DNA of 64,000 bases. Origin: Blepharisma stoltei ATCC 30299 (Eukaryota; Protista; Ciliophora). Made by a program: the position numbers and the translations under genes. The notes under the pieces are model-generated. The model worked only from the letters and a program-made list of their open reading frames with translations, searched no databases and was not told the DNA's origin. Where the stretch lies: positions 248,001-312,000 of the forward strand of contig CBFDEM010000030.1 of assembly GCA_965603825.1 (NCBI GenBank), in the 5' to 3' direction. Of this stretch, positions 49,443 through 59,582 are shown piece after piece; the first letter of the stretch is position 1; the number at the start of each line of letters is the position of its first letter.

Positions 49443-51068
49443 ATGGCTAATTTAAACCCAATCTTTATTTCTAAATGCAGCATTCCTAGCTGTGATAATG
49501 AGCCAGTTATGTCTTGCGACTGTACAATTCCTAAATCCTTTATCTGCGAAGCTCACTTATATAATCACATTAGGAACGGCATAATGCATGAAAATTTTAC
49601 ACCAGTTTTGCCTAGAGAAAAGATCTCAATTTGCCTCAGCTTTCTAAGAGACCAGAAAAATATTCTTCAAGAAAGCATAAAAACAGTCATTGACGATTAT
49701 ACAAAAGCCATGATAAAAATTAAAAATGAGCTAGATCAAGAAATTCAAAATTTAACTGAGTCTCAAGATAAAGTAAACAAGATAATTGCAAATATTCACA
49801 GGAATTATTTAATTCCGAATAGAAATATTAACCAAGAGATATTAAAGCTTGAAGTAGACAAATGCTTGGATTTTCTTAGAAGCTCTGATTTAGTGAATCG
49901 TGAAATGAAGCAGCAAGACGAAAGAAGTATGGAAAATTCTGGAAGCTTAACTGAAGAATATCAAAGCAATAGAGATATTAAGGAAGAAGGAAAAGAGGAA
50001 GAGAAAGCAGAAATCCATCAGATTGAGATAGGGATGCAGGAGGATGCAAACTTTACTACTAATAGGCAAATTGTGCCTGATACTCAGAATAATTATCAAA
50101 AATTAAAAAGAGAAAATTTTTGTTTGACCACAAAAAATCAAAAGATGCTAAAAGAATTTATTTTACTTTATAAGGATTATCTCTATTATAAGAAAAAATC
50201 AAATAATATACACGAAGGAAGCGAGGATGAGCCATCTCCAAGAAAAATTCAAAAAGTCAAAATGAACCTTTGCCATAGCATTTTTCATTGAAACACTTTA
50301 TTATTTTTTGAGGATAATACAAAAACTCTCCTTATCAAACATTTTGACATCTTTTTAGGTGGAAGCGAAAGAAAAGTACTGGAGAAAAAAGAATTGGTCT
50401 TGCAAGAGCCAATTGGCCAGCACATATCCATGTGCCAGCTTCCAGATGAAGAAGTTTTTTGTTTTGGTAATTGCTATGACAACAATTATACAGGCCTTAC
50501 TTTTACAGTGCATAGCAAGAATTTTACAGTCCATACACTTCCAAAAGGAACTCCTATTTATAAAACTTCAACATGCTATTATGATGGGTGTGTTTATGCT
50601 TTTGGAGGAGAAAGGCATGGCAGCAAGTATATTAATTTTGCTGAAAAATATAATATTTCTGAGGTAAAATGGCACAGAATAAAAGATCTTCCAGTTCCCT
50701 GCTCAAAATGTACTGTTACAGCTTTTAATGGAAATATTTATATAACCGGATGAAATTATGACAAGGTTTATTTATATAATCCTGCTGCAAATGATTATTC
50801 ACCGAAGCTTGAGTTAACTGCAGGCTTAACTAAAATACTTTTCTGTAAAAATACACAGATTTATGTTTTGCAAGAAAAAGAAGTATTTATTTGAAATAAA
50901 GACACTGATGCAACTACAGTGATAAAAATTGACCAAGACTGGACTACTGAAATTTCATACAAAACTCTATATGGGAAAAATCTTTACTTTGCGTGTGAAA
51001 ATGGACATTGCTTTAAATACAACCAAAAATGTTTGCTAACCCCTGCATTTACAATTTTTGATAATTAA
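49443..51068 (+). CDS. B-box-like ZnF-coiled coil-Kelch protein
   Basis: C..C..CDC..C..H..H..H, SPRKIQK, VFCFGN, VYAFGG; TAA 51066-51068. Confidence 0.85.
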
Positions 51069-51304
51069 ATAAACTATATTAAATGCAAAAGGAATTTTTG
51101 CAATAATACTTAATTTTCTGGATATTATAGTAATATAAAAGATATATATATTAATCTTATATAGTTTATGCTATGGTGCCTAATTTAATTAAGTATTTAA
51201 AGTCCACAAATTGCTTGATTAACATATTTGACAAATTTGGCATGTAAAGCATAAATTGCAGCTAAAACAATTCTGGAGTTAATATCTGAAAAGTTATGCA
51301 AAAG

Positions 51305-51364
51305 CCCAAAAACCCAAAAACCCAAAAACGCAAAAACCCAAAAACCCAAAAAGCCCAAAACCCC
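51305..51364 (+). repeat. (CCCAAAAA)n octamer repeat, ~7 units
   Basis: Seen directly in the sequence. Confidence 0.9.
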
Positions 51365-51870
51365 GCAATTAATTTTTGTGATGTGGTGTGTTAGGGATGT
51401 GCTATAATTAAGCCGGATATATACCCTTAGTCCATTTTTTCGCGATATTTCCTTAACTTTTATAATATACTTTAATATGGCATGGAGCCAACCTATCATC
51501 TTAATATCTGTAGCCGGAAGGTTTATTGAGAACCTCGCCATCTTTAAATCAAACGATTCCATTAATGGAGTTCTCATAAAATAGAAAAATCTCATTATTT
51601 GATCAAACCTATTTCAATTATAAAAAATAATTGGCCCTTTTAAGGTGACTGAAAAGCTTGCTCACTCTTAAATTTAGGTTAGTTTTTTAATTAATTTAGG
51701 CTAAGTTGGAGTAAATTAACTTCTAGGGTTGGAATTAAATAATTTGAATACAGAAGAACATAAAAAGGTATTAATATAAAAGAAGCTAATAGTTATTATT
51801 ATGAATAAAATAATGATATATAAATCAACTTATATTATCTTATGAGATTAATTTATTTTGTATATGCATT

Positions 51871-54018
51871 TTAATATGGATTTTTCCTTCTACTAGATGA
51901 TCCAGCTCTCAATGGAATGCTTGGCTGAGTATTTCTTTGTGGCTTCACCAATATTGGCTGCCCAGATGCACTTCGAGTTTTTAAATGAGAAATTTGAGTT
52001 TTTGCTTTTTCGTTTCTTTTCTGTCTAAGCGCTTCTCTAGCTTTTGACGCGAATTCTACGACCATTCTCCTCTTATTATCTTCTATTTCTTTTGAATCTA
52101 ATTTCGCTTGCTCTTCTTCAAACTTGCATCTTTGCTGAAAGTCTCTTTGTTCTTCGTCACTATATATTTTTTTATTGTATTCGTCACTTTTCATTATTTC
52201 TTTAGAATTAATAGCAGTATTTCTTACATTGGCTGAAGAATCTTCTATAAGAAATTCTGTTAAATTTTCAACCTGATATATTTGACGATCAGGAATTACT
52301 TCACGAATAATAGGCAAAATCATTGCGATTTTCAATCGAACCGAATCTATTAGATCATGGGAAATATTAAGAATTTCATCAAAGAAATTTTTGGAAAAAT
52401 ACTCTTTTGATTGATAAGACATTGAAAACTCTATGAAATCTATAAATAAAATCCTATCATAACAGCTTGAAGACCGAGCAAATTTATCTTTTATGCTGTT
52501 AATGATTTCAAGCTTACGGGAAGTATAATGTGTGTGGTATAAAATTCTGGACAGCACTCTAGCTGACAGCAGTTTTAATGAAAAATTATCATTCTGCATT
52601 TTTTGAAGTAAAATTGGTACAATATTTTCTAATAAATCGTTTATGTGAAAATTCACAATATTTTCGTTTAGTATTTCTAAAAATTTGATCTGTTCTCTTC
52701 AATTTCCAGTCTGTATAGAATTTGTTATTTTTCCAAGGATCGAAATACTCGATATCCTACTTGCTCACCATTGTGCATTTTTTATAATAAAAAATTGACT
52801 CTCTTGGTCTTCCAGCAATTGTGTCGCTAAAAATGCAATTGTTTTACAAGAAATATCAAGTTTACTGATTTCGTGAAGTCCTTTCGCTATAGCAATTTTT
52901 ATTTCAGATTCAGCATCATTTACAAACCTTGTTAAAATGTCTTTCATGATTTGACAAGTACCTAATATTGAGAAAATAGCTGGAAAATTATAAGCTATGT
53001 TTTTCCTAACAATAAAGTCAGAATCCTTTAAAAATAATAAAGACTTTAAAAAGGATTCTCTTATATCAGGAGAAATTAAAGGTTTGATGGATATCAATAA
53101 TTCTCCTATCAGCTCAGAAAATATATGCTGGATCTCAATATGCGTTTCCACAAGCAATTCTTTCTTTATGACAGGAATGGCATGGCGAGATATAAAATCT
53201 TTTGATAGAAACGGAATAACTTTTATTAAACAAACGACAGCTTCAACTTTGACCGAGATTACTTCATCGTCTACAAGTTTAAGAATTTCATAAAAAATTT
53301 TTTCTTGAATTTCATTTTGCGATTTATAATTGCAGATTTCTATTCAAGTAATGCACATTTCTTGCCTTACTTCTGAATCAGTATCTTGAGACAAAGCTTT
53401 GGCTCTTTGAAATAATTGGCCTTTAAATCCAAATTTTATTTTCTGAGCAATGATTTTTAATAGCTTGCAAGAAACATGCCGAAATACAGGTTTTTGGTTA
53501 AAATCAGATAAGTCAATAGTGAAACTTATTGCTTTTTCTATTTGAGTATTAGAAATTCCACTAGAAATGACACAGGCAAATACCTGGATTCATGTTTCAT
53601 GAAGGCTTGTGGCTAAAGATCTTAAAATAGAAATGCAGACTTCAAGAATTTCTTCGCATAGTCCTTGGGGAAAAATTTCTTGTTTTACTGCATTGATAAC
53701 TCCTTGGCCAAATGCTATTTTTAGTTCTAAATCTCAATCTTCTGCATTAAATCTATTCTTCACAAAATTAAACATTCCTTCAAAGTTTTCCCTGAAGATT
53801 TTGTCAAGATTTTGCAGAGCCCACAATTTTTGCTGGGGAAATCCAGACTGCAAAAAAATCATTCCCTTTTCAAATTCAGAAATCCCTTCGGTTGTAGATC
53901 ATAACTGGATTTCTGCCTCTGTCTAATTGTGAAATACCTTTTTCGTCCCTGAAATTCCTTCAATCTCGAACTGAGTTTCATTAAAATAGCTCTTTCCGTT
54001 TTGCAAGGCAGAGACCAT
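51871..54018 (-). CDS. HEAT-repeat phosphatase regulatory subunit (PPP4R4-like)
   Basis: HEAT repeats (D..VR), N-terminal KTEAEI..FLQSG..Q..ALQNL pattern; intron 53923-53937. Confidence 0.75.
53923..53937 (-). other. 15-nt intron GTATTTCACAATTAG
   Basis: GT-AG with in-frame TAG. Confidence 0.85.
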
Positions 54019-54076
54019 AATTATAAATTAAATATTCCTGATATTTTTAATAAATCAAATCGATATTAAATAATGT

Positions 54077-55339
54077 TTATCTAGTAAAAGCTTTAAGCAC
54101 GATAGAGCTAAACGCAGACCCATCGTAATTCACTGCATTAGCGACGACTGCTCTCAGTTTCTGTTCCCTTACATTTGTTACAAAATTAGGGGTAACTCCG
54201 TCAACACTTAGTGGATTTTCGAGGTTTGTAATGGGTGGAATGAGTCCTTGCTGAACTGAAATTGCAGCCGCTCCGACGTTGGTTGAGCTAGAAGCACCCT
54301 GCATATGTCCAAGTCCTCCTTTAATTGAAGTAACTGCTGGGGTTTTTCTTCCGAAAAGTCTTAAAATAGCTGAAGCTTCACCATAATCCCAATCAAAATT
54401 GCCTGAAGCATCTCCAAATACAGCATCAATATCGTTTGGAGTTAGACCTGCCTGTCTTATGGCGTCTCTCATAGATCTATAGACTCCGTTTCCATCTCTC
54501 TTTGTATGGTCTCCAGCTTCTGAAACCATTGAGAATCCAGCAAGCTCTGCATAGATCTTGGCACCTCTATTTAATGCATGTTCTAATTCTTCAAGAATTA
54601 TAATGCTACCTCCTTCACTTAAAATCCATCCTTTTCTATTTGCATCAAATGGTTTGACTGATCCTTCAGGGTTCTTTTCAGCTTCCAAATTATAGCCATA
54701 ATTTCCTTTTTCCAAACTCTGAAGCCAAATTGCATCTAATTCTGGCTCAATAGACCCAGCAAGCATAACAGTGGCTTCTTCTAATTGAATTGCACGATAT
54801 GAAGTCCCAATCGCATTGTTGCCTGAACAGTGTCCTGAGCACACAGTATCAGCAAAACCTCCTAATTTGTGATATATAGAAACTGTACCTACAATTTTGC
54901 TTGGGATGCCATAAAGCGCGAATAATTTATCAGTAGCGTCATATCCAGACTCAGTAATTTCTTTTTGCATAGGACTCAAAGTTGCTGTATCGGTTCTTGG
55001 GCATCCTAATAGAAGACCTGTCTTGAACTTTTCTTCATCATTAGTAGTTTTCCAATTGCTGTCAGTTAAAACTTCTTCGCTGCAATTTAATGCTAGCGCA
55101 TGATAATGGTTTCTCAATAAATTTGACTTTTCTAAATAAGGCTCTTGGTCCCAGTTCCATAAGCGTCCAGCCACTTTTACTTTAAGTTGATCAGCAAATG
55201 TAAAATCTGAAGCACTAAGCTTTTTTAAGCCTGATTGTTTTGATAATAGGCCTGAAAATGTAGCTTGAGCATTCAAACCAAGAGGAGTAATCATACTTAG
55301 TCCAGTGACTACGACTCGTTTTAGATAAGGGGCTGCCAT
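54077..55339 (-). CDS. Ketosynthase-fold protein lacking the catalytic triad (chain-length-factor-like)
   Basis: RVVVTG, PFD..R.G..LSEGG..LEE. The Cys motif reads SGHCSG and the first His motif reads DAVFGDASG. Confidence 0.85.
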   Translation of the reverse strand: MAAPYLKRVVVTGLSMITPLGLNAQATFSGLLSKQSGLKKLSASDFTFADQLKVKVAGRLWNWDQEPYLEKSNLLRNHYHALALNCSEEVLTDSNWKTTNDEEKFKTGLLLGCPRTDTATLSPMQKEITESGYDATDKLFALYGIPSKIVGTVSIYHKLGGFADTVCSGHCSGNNAIGTSYRAIQLEEATVMLAGSIEPELDAIWLQSLEKGNYGYNLEAEKNPEGSVKPFDANRKGWILSEGGSIIILEELEHALNRGAKIYAELAGFSMVSEAGDHTKRDGNGVYRSMRDAIRQAGLTPNDIDAVFGDASGNFDWDYGEASAILRLFGRKTPAVTSIKGGLGHMQGASSSTNVGAAAISVQQGLIPPITNLENPLSVDGVTPNFVTNVREQKLRAVVANAVNYDGSAFSSIVLKAFTR

Positions 55340-55554
55340 TTTGTTTATAATTAGGGTGAGATCCGTTTTAAGATTTCACACAAAATAAGACTTGATTAGG
55401 AAAAGAAAAAAATCTATAAGAAAAATTTAAGCATCGAGTTTAAAAATAATAGTAAAATATCAATAAAAATTATAAAATATTCTTTGACTTAAGTTTTTTA
55501 TATGAAAATATATAATCTTAATAAGACATGTGTGATATCCGTTTATAGTTAAAA
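55340..55554. promoter_or_regulatory. Putative bidirectional promoter with two ATCCGTTT motifs
   Basis: 215-bp spacer between divergent KS-fold genes; motif at 55361 and 55537. Confidence 0.55.
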
Positions 55555-56835
55555 ATGGCTTGGAACCAACTTAGAAATGCAACTGGTAGAAGAGTAGTTG
55601 TCACTGGAATGGGACTGACTACACCTATTGGAAATACATTACCACAAGCTTTAGATGCCCTTATAGGTAGAAAATCAGGTGTAAAGCCCCTTAATCATCA
55701 ATTAATGCCTGATCTTGACCAAATCCCAGTAAAAATCGGAGGTTATTTAGATGTTGATTACGAGTACTGGAAAAACATGATGCCGTGCAACAAAACAAAA
55801 ACAAATGTCCATGGATTTTCTGCAGTCTACAAAGCAATGCAAGATAGTGGTTTCAGACCATCTTCTGAAGAAGAAAGAGAAAGATTTGGCTGCATCATGG
55901 GCGCAGGAGTCAGCTCTGTCTTTGAATTTATGGGAGGTCTTCATGACGTTTACGCAAATGGATCGAATATTGATATAATCCCAGCAGACTATGCTGAGAA
56001 AATTGATATTAATGGCCTTAACAATATAATCAGTCGCTATTTTGGAGCAAAAGGACATACAGAGGCTGTGAGCCCAGCTTGCGCTACAGGCCATGCTGTA
56101 GTCCAAGAAGCTTTTAGGAGCATCATGCTAGGAGAGTCTGATGTCTGCATTGCAGGAGCTGCTGAGACCATTGTCCATCCAGTAATCTTAAAAGGATTTG
56201 CTTTACTGGGCTGCATTAATACCAAGAGCAACGAAAATCCAGCAGAATCTTCAAGGCCATTAGACGAAAATAGAGAAGGTCTTGCAGGTGCTGACGGAGG
56301 AAATGCTGTAATTCTTGAAGAACTTCAGCATGCTCTGGCTCGAGGAGCTAAAATATATGGAGAAGTTAAAGGATACAACATGAATTGTGATGGATTTCAT
56401 CTAACCAAGCCAACACCTAGAGGTGAAGGGATTTACCGAACAATGCTAGGTGTACTAGGCATGACTGGGATGAGGCCAGAAGATATTGATTTAGTGCTTG
56501 CCCATGCAACTGCTACAAAGGCTGGGGATTTCGCTGAGGTGAATGCTATTGACTCAGTGTTTGGAAACTTGAGACCTCATATTACCGCTGTGAAAGGGCA
56601 TACTGGGCATATGATGTGCGCTGTTGGGACTTTCCACGTCATTTCAGCATTACTTATGATTTCTAATGGAGTAGTTGCACCAATTATGAACTTGAAAAAC
56701 CCATTGAAAATCAATGGTAAAGAACTCAATTTTGCCAAGGAGCCGGTTTATACACAATTGAACAATGTTTTAATAAATGCAGTTGGGTTTTCGGGGATGA
56801 ATAATTCTTTAATATTATCAAGATACGCACCTTAA
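55555..56835 (+). CDS. Beta-ketoacyl synthase (FabF/KS-alpha type) with intact Cys-His-His triad
   Basis: RRVVVTG, SPACATG, AHATAT, KGHTGH, GFSGMN. Confidence 0.92.
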   Translation: MAWNQLRNATGRRVVVTGMGLTTPIGNTLPQALDALIGRKSGVKPLNHQLMPDLDQIPVKIGGYLDVDYEYWKNMMPCNKTKTNVHGFSAVYKAMQDSGFRPSSEEERERFGCIMGAGVSSVFEFMGGLHDVYANGSNIDIIPADYAEKIDINGLNNIISRYFGAKGHTEAVSPACATGHAVVQEAFRSIMLGESDVCIAGAAETIVHPVILKGFALLGCINTKSNENPAESSRPLDENREGLAGADGGNAVILEELQHALARGAKIYGEVKGYNMNCDGFHLTKPTPRGEGIYRTMLGVLGMTGMRPEDIDLVLAHATATKAGDFAEVNAIDSVFGNLRPHITAVKGHTGHMMCAVGTFHVISALLMISNGVVAPIMNLKNPLKINGKELNFAKEPVYTQLNNVLINAVGFSGMNNSLILSRYAP

Positions 56836-57057
56836 GTAACTATTTATTAATATTTAAGACTGGTAGATTTATATTAACCAAATGGCTGAAAAGATGATAC
56901 CATTAACCGTTTTCACGTTAAAAACGATATTGCGAATAATTATAAATGTAATTTTTTAGATTGCCTTGGCTTGGGTTAAATAAACCTAAGGTGATAATAT
57001 CAGGAATCCAATAAATACCTTAAGATTATTTAGGTTTTATACTTAATTATTTGATTT

Positions 57058-59112
57058 TTAAGCCCTTCTATTTTCCTGGACAATATTTATCCATTTCGGT
57101 TTTTCATAGCACTCAGGAGCATCTTCTACCACTTTTGTATATCTTTCATAGATTTGTCCATCGCTATGGCCTAGAGGTGACGCTATAACATGGTCTGGGA
57201 ACGCAAGAGCGTCAATAATGTTAACAGAGTTTTCACCAACTTCATTGCAATATTCAACTACGATTTCATTAATCCACTTGACTTCGTCTTCGGTAAATTG
57301 AGTTTTAAGAGCTCCTGAATCTGTTTCTAAGATATGATTCGCATAAAGAACCAATATACTTAATATAATATCGCCTGTATTTGCACAGGTTTGGGCTAAC
57401 TCCTGTTTAAAGTTAATAAGTTCTTTTAATAGAACTAGTTCTCCACAAATCTGAGGGAGTACGAATAGCTGCCTTACTTGAGTATTGTCCCAAGCAATTG
57501 CCATGCTTGGGTAATTCCCCATGTTTTCTTGGAATTTGTTTAGTGCTATAGACAAGTAATAATTGCACCTGTACTCAAATAAAGATACCAAAAACTCAGG
57601 ATTTTTTAATTGGTCTTTATTTTCGAATTTCGGCTTTGTAGGTTGAAGATTGATAAACTGCAAATATTTTGATTTAACAGTTTTTCCGCCCATAGCTGCT
57701 TGTGCAGCTTGCAGGATGTATCTCTCTGCTGACTGTATCAAAATATTGCTGTCTCCATCAGTCGTTATGATTGCGTCGCAATCTTGCTTGAGCTTAATAA
57801 ACCCAGCATAAGTTGAATACCCATGGCCTCCACAAGCCTCTCTACATTCTTGAATTGTTTTAAGGTTATTCCACACGTTGACTGCTTTGAATATAGTTAC
57901 AAGCCAACTAAAATCGCTAATTTCATTAGACTCAGGATTGGAGCGTATAATAAGCATGCTTTCATTATATGCTTTTGCTATCAGCTTTGTAGCCATATTT
58001 GATGCGAATAAGGTAGCTAAATGCGGCATTAGTCTATATCTGTGCAGCTGATAGTCAAGAATAGATTTTTCAGTGTCTCCACCAAACTGTTTTCTGATAG
58101 CTGCATATCTAATCGCAATTGTAAGAGCATTTCTAGCATAGTTTTCAGTGCCAGCGAAGCAAACTATTCTTCCACAAATCAAAGGCGAAACAGTTATTCC
58201 GAACCTTCTAGCGTGGCTTTTAATTGAGCTTTTAAAGTCCCCTTCTGGCGTGATTTGTGCAAATCTGTCGAGTAAACAATCATATGGAGCTTTATAATTT
58301 TTGAAAATCAAAAACCCTGTGTCGTTTCCATTTAGCCCAGCCATTGGACCACAGTTTCCAACGGTGATTCCGTTTAGTGTCTCGTGAGTTTGGTTATCTC
58401 TAACCTGGACAACAAATGCGTGGACTCCATAGTTCGTATCTTTAATAATAAGTTGGGCAAAAATAATCGCCATATTTGCGATTTTACCGGCGTTGCCAAT
58501 CCACCATTTAGCTGCAGTTGGTGTTGGGGAAGTTATTGTAAATTCTTTTCTCTCTATATCATATTTTGCAGTTGTTTCAACTTTTGCGAGATTGGACCCA
58601 TGGCCAATTTCAGTCATTCCTAAGCATCCAAAGTCTTTTAATTCGTAAGCGCGCTTTATCAAGTTCGCATGCTTTTCTGTTGATAAATAAGTAAGCATTT
58701 CTGCGTATAAAAGGAGCTGCATGTGCCCTCTTGAAGTCAAATTTATATCATTTGTGCAGAATGAGACTACAATTGATAACTTTTTCAGAGGATTCTTTAA
58801 ATCTTCTTCGAGCGTCAGTCCACATTTTGGGAACAAGTACATAAACTGACGAATGCTTCGCTCTTCTAAGGCATCTTTTGATAAGCCGGTAGCTAAACAA
58901 TGGTTAAATAAGTCTTCTCTTTCTTTGATAAGGCTCCATTGGAGTTTATACATTTCACCAAAAGGTTCCAACATTTTGTCGTGGAGAAGGGTTTTATTGA
59001 ATTTTTTCCCACGAGCTCTGTATTCATCTAAGGAAAGATCTTTGGACTCAAACTGGAAAGAGCCAAGAAGGTGAGAGTTAATGAGATTGAGACGCACTCT
59101 TGTTGCTTCCAT
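57058..59112 (-). CDS. Peroxisomal acyl-CoA oxidase-like protein
   Basis: MTEIGHGSN, KWWIG, AIRYAAIRKQF, CREACGGHGY; PTS2 RLNLINSHL. Confidence 0.92.
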   Translation of the reverse strand: MEATRVRLNLINSHLLGSFQFESKDLSLDEYRARGKKFNKTLLHDKMLEPFGEMYKLQWSLIKEREDLFNHCLATGLSKDALEERSIRQFMYLFPKCGLTLEEDLKNPLKKLSIVVSFCTNDINLTSRGHMQLLLYAEMLTYLSTEKHANLIKRAYELKDFGCLGMTEIGHGSNLAKVETTAKYDIERKEFTITSPTPTAAKWWIGNAGKIANMAIIFAQLIIKDTNYGVHAFVVQVRDNQTHETLNGITVGNCGPMAGLNGNDTGFLIFKNYKAPYDCLLDRFAQITPEGDFKSSIKSHARRFGITVSPLICGRIVCFAGTENYARNALTIAIRYAAIRKQFGGDTEKSILDYQLHRYRLMPHLATLFASNMATKLIAKAYNESMLIIRSNPESNEISDFSWLVTIFKAVNVWNNLKTIQECREACGGHGYSTYAGFIKLKQDCDAIITTDGDSNILIQSAERYILQAAQAAMGGKTVKSKYLQFINLQPTKPKFENKDQLKNPEFLVSLFEYRCNYYLSIALNKFQENMGNYPSMAIAWDNTQVRQLFVLPQICGELVLLKELINFKQELAQTCANTGDIILSILVLYANHILETDSGALKTQFTEDEVKWINEIVVEYCNEVGENSVNIIDALAFPDHVIASPLGHSDGQIYERYTKVVEDAPECYEKPKWINIVQENRRA

Positions 59113-59582
59113 TGTTTATTTTATTAAGTAAATATATTCGTTTTCATACAAAATTAAATGGAAAACGGATTTTTTTAAGACTAAAAATTACTAATAGTTT
59201 CTATATGATTTATGTAATAAATTAATCCAAACTAAACATAAAAATACAATTCGCAGGGTGAAGAAAAATAAATTAAGAAAATCAACAATTTACTAGGCTG
59301 AGGAAAGCTCTAAATTTTAGCAGTAATTAGCTAATAAATACAAGGCCTATATTGTGGCAGCTTCCAGAACTGGAAGACTTTTGCTTTACAAAGTCCTGCC
59401 TTAAAAAGAAAGTATGCTCTATATGCTAATATAACAATTTAACAAAAATCACTTATTCGAGATTAAATAATTTTAAAGCATTTTTAAAATTTTTATATTA
59501 CATTAAATTGATTTTGAAAAGAAACTAAGTAAAAAATTTAAAATTATTTTTGTCTAATTAAAGTTGTTTACTATAAATTATA

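Noticed and set aside
51197-51595. 132-aa minus-strand ORF with FLGFWV repeats
   Set aside because: Likely a by-product of the octamer repeat; no domain support.
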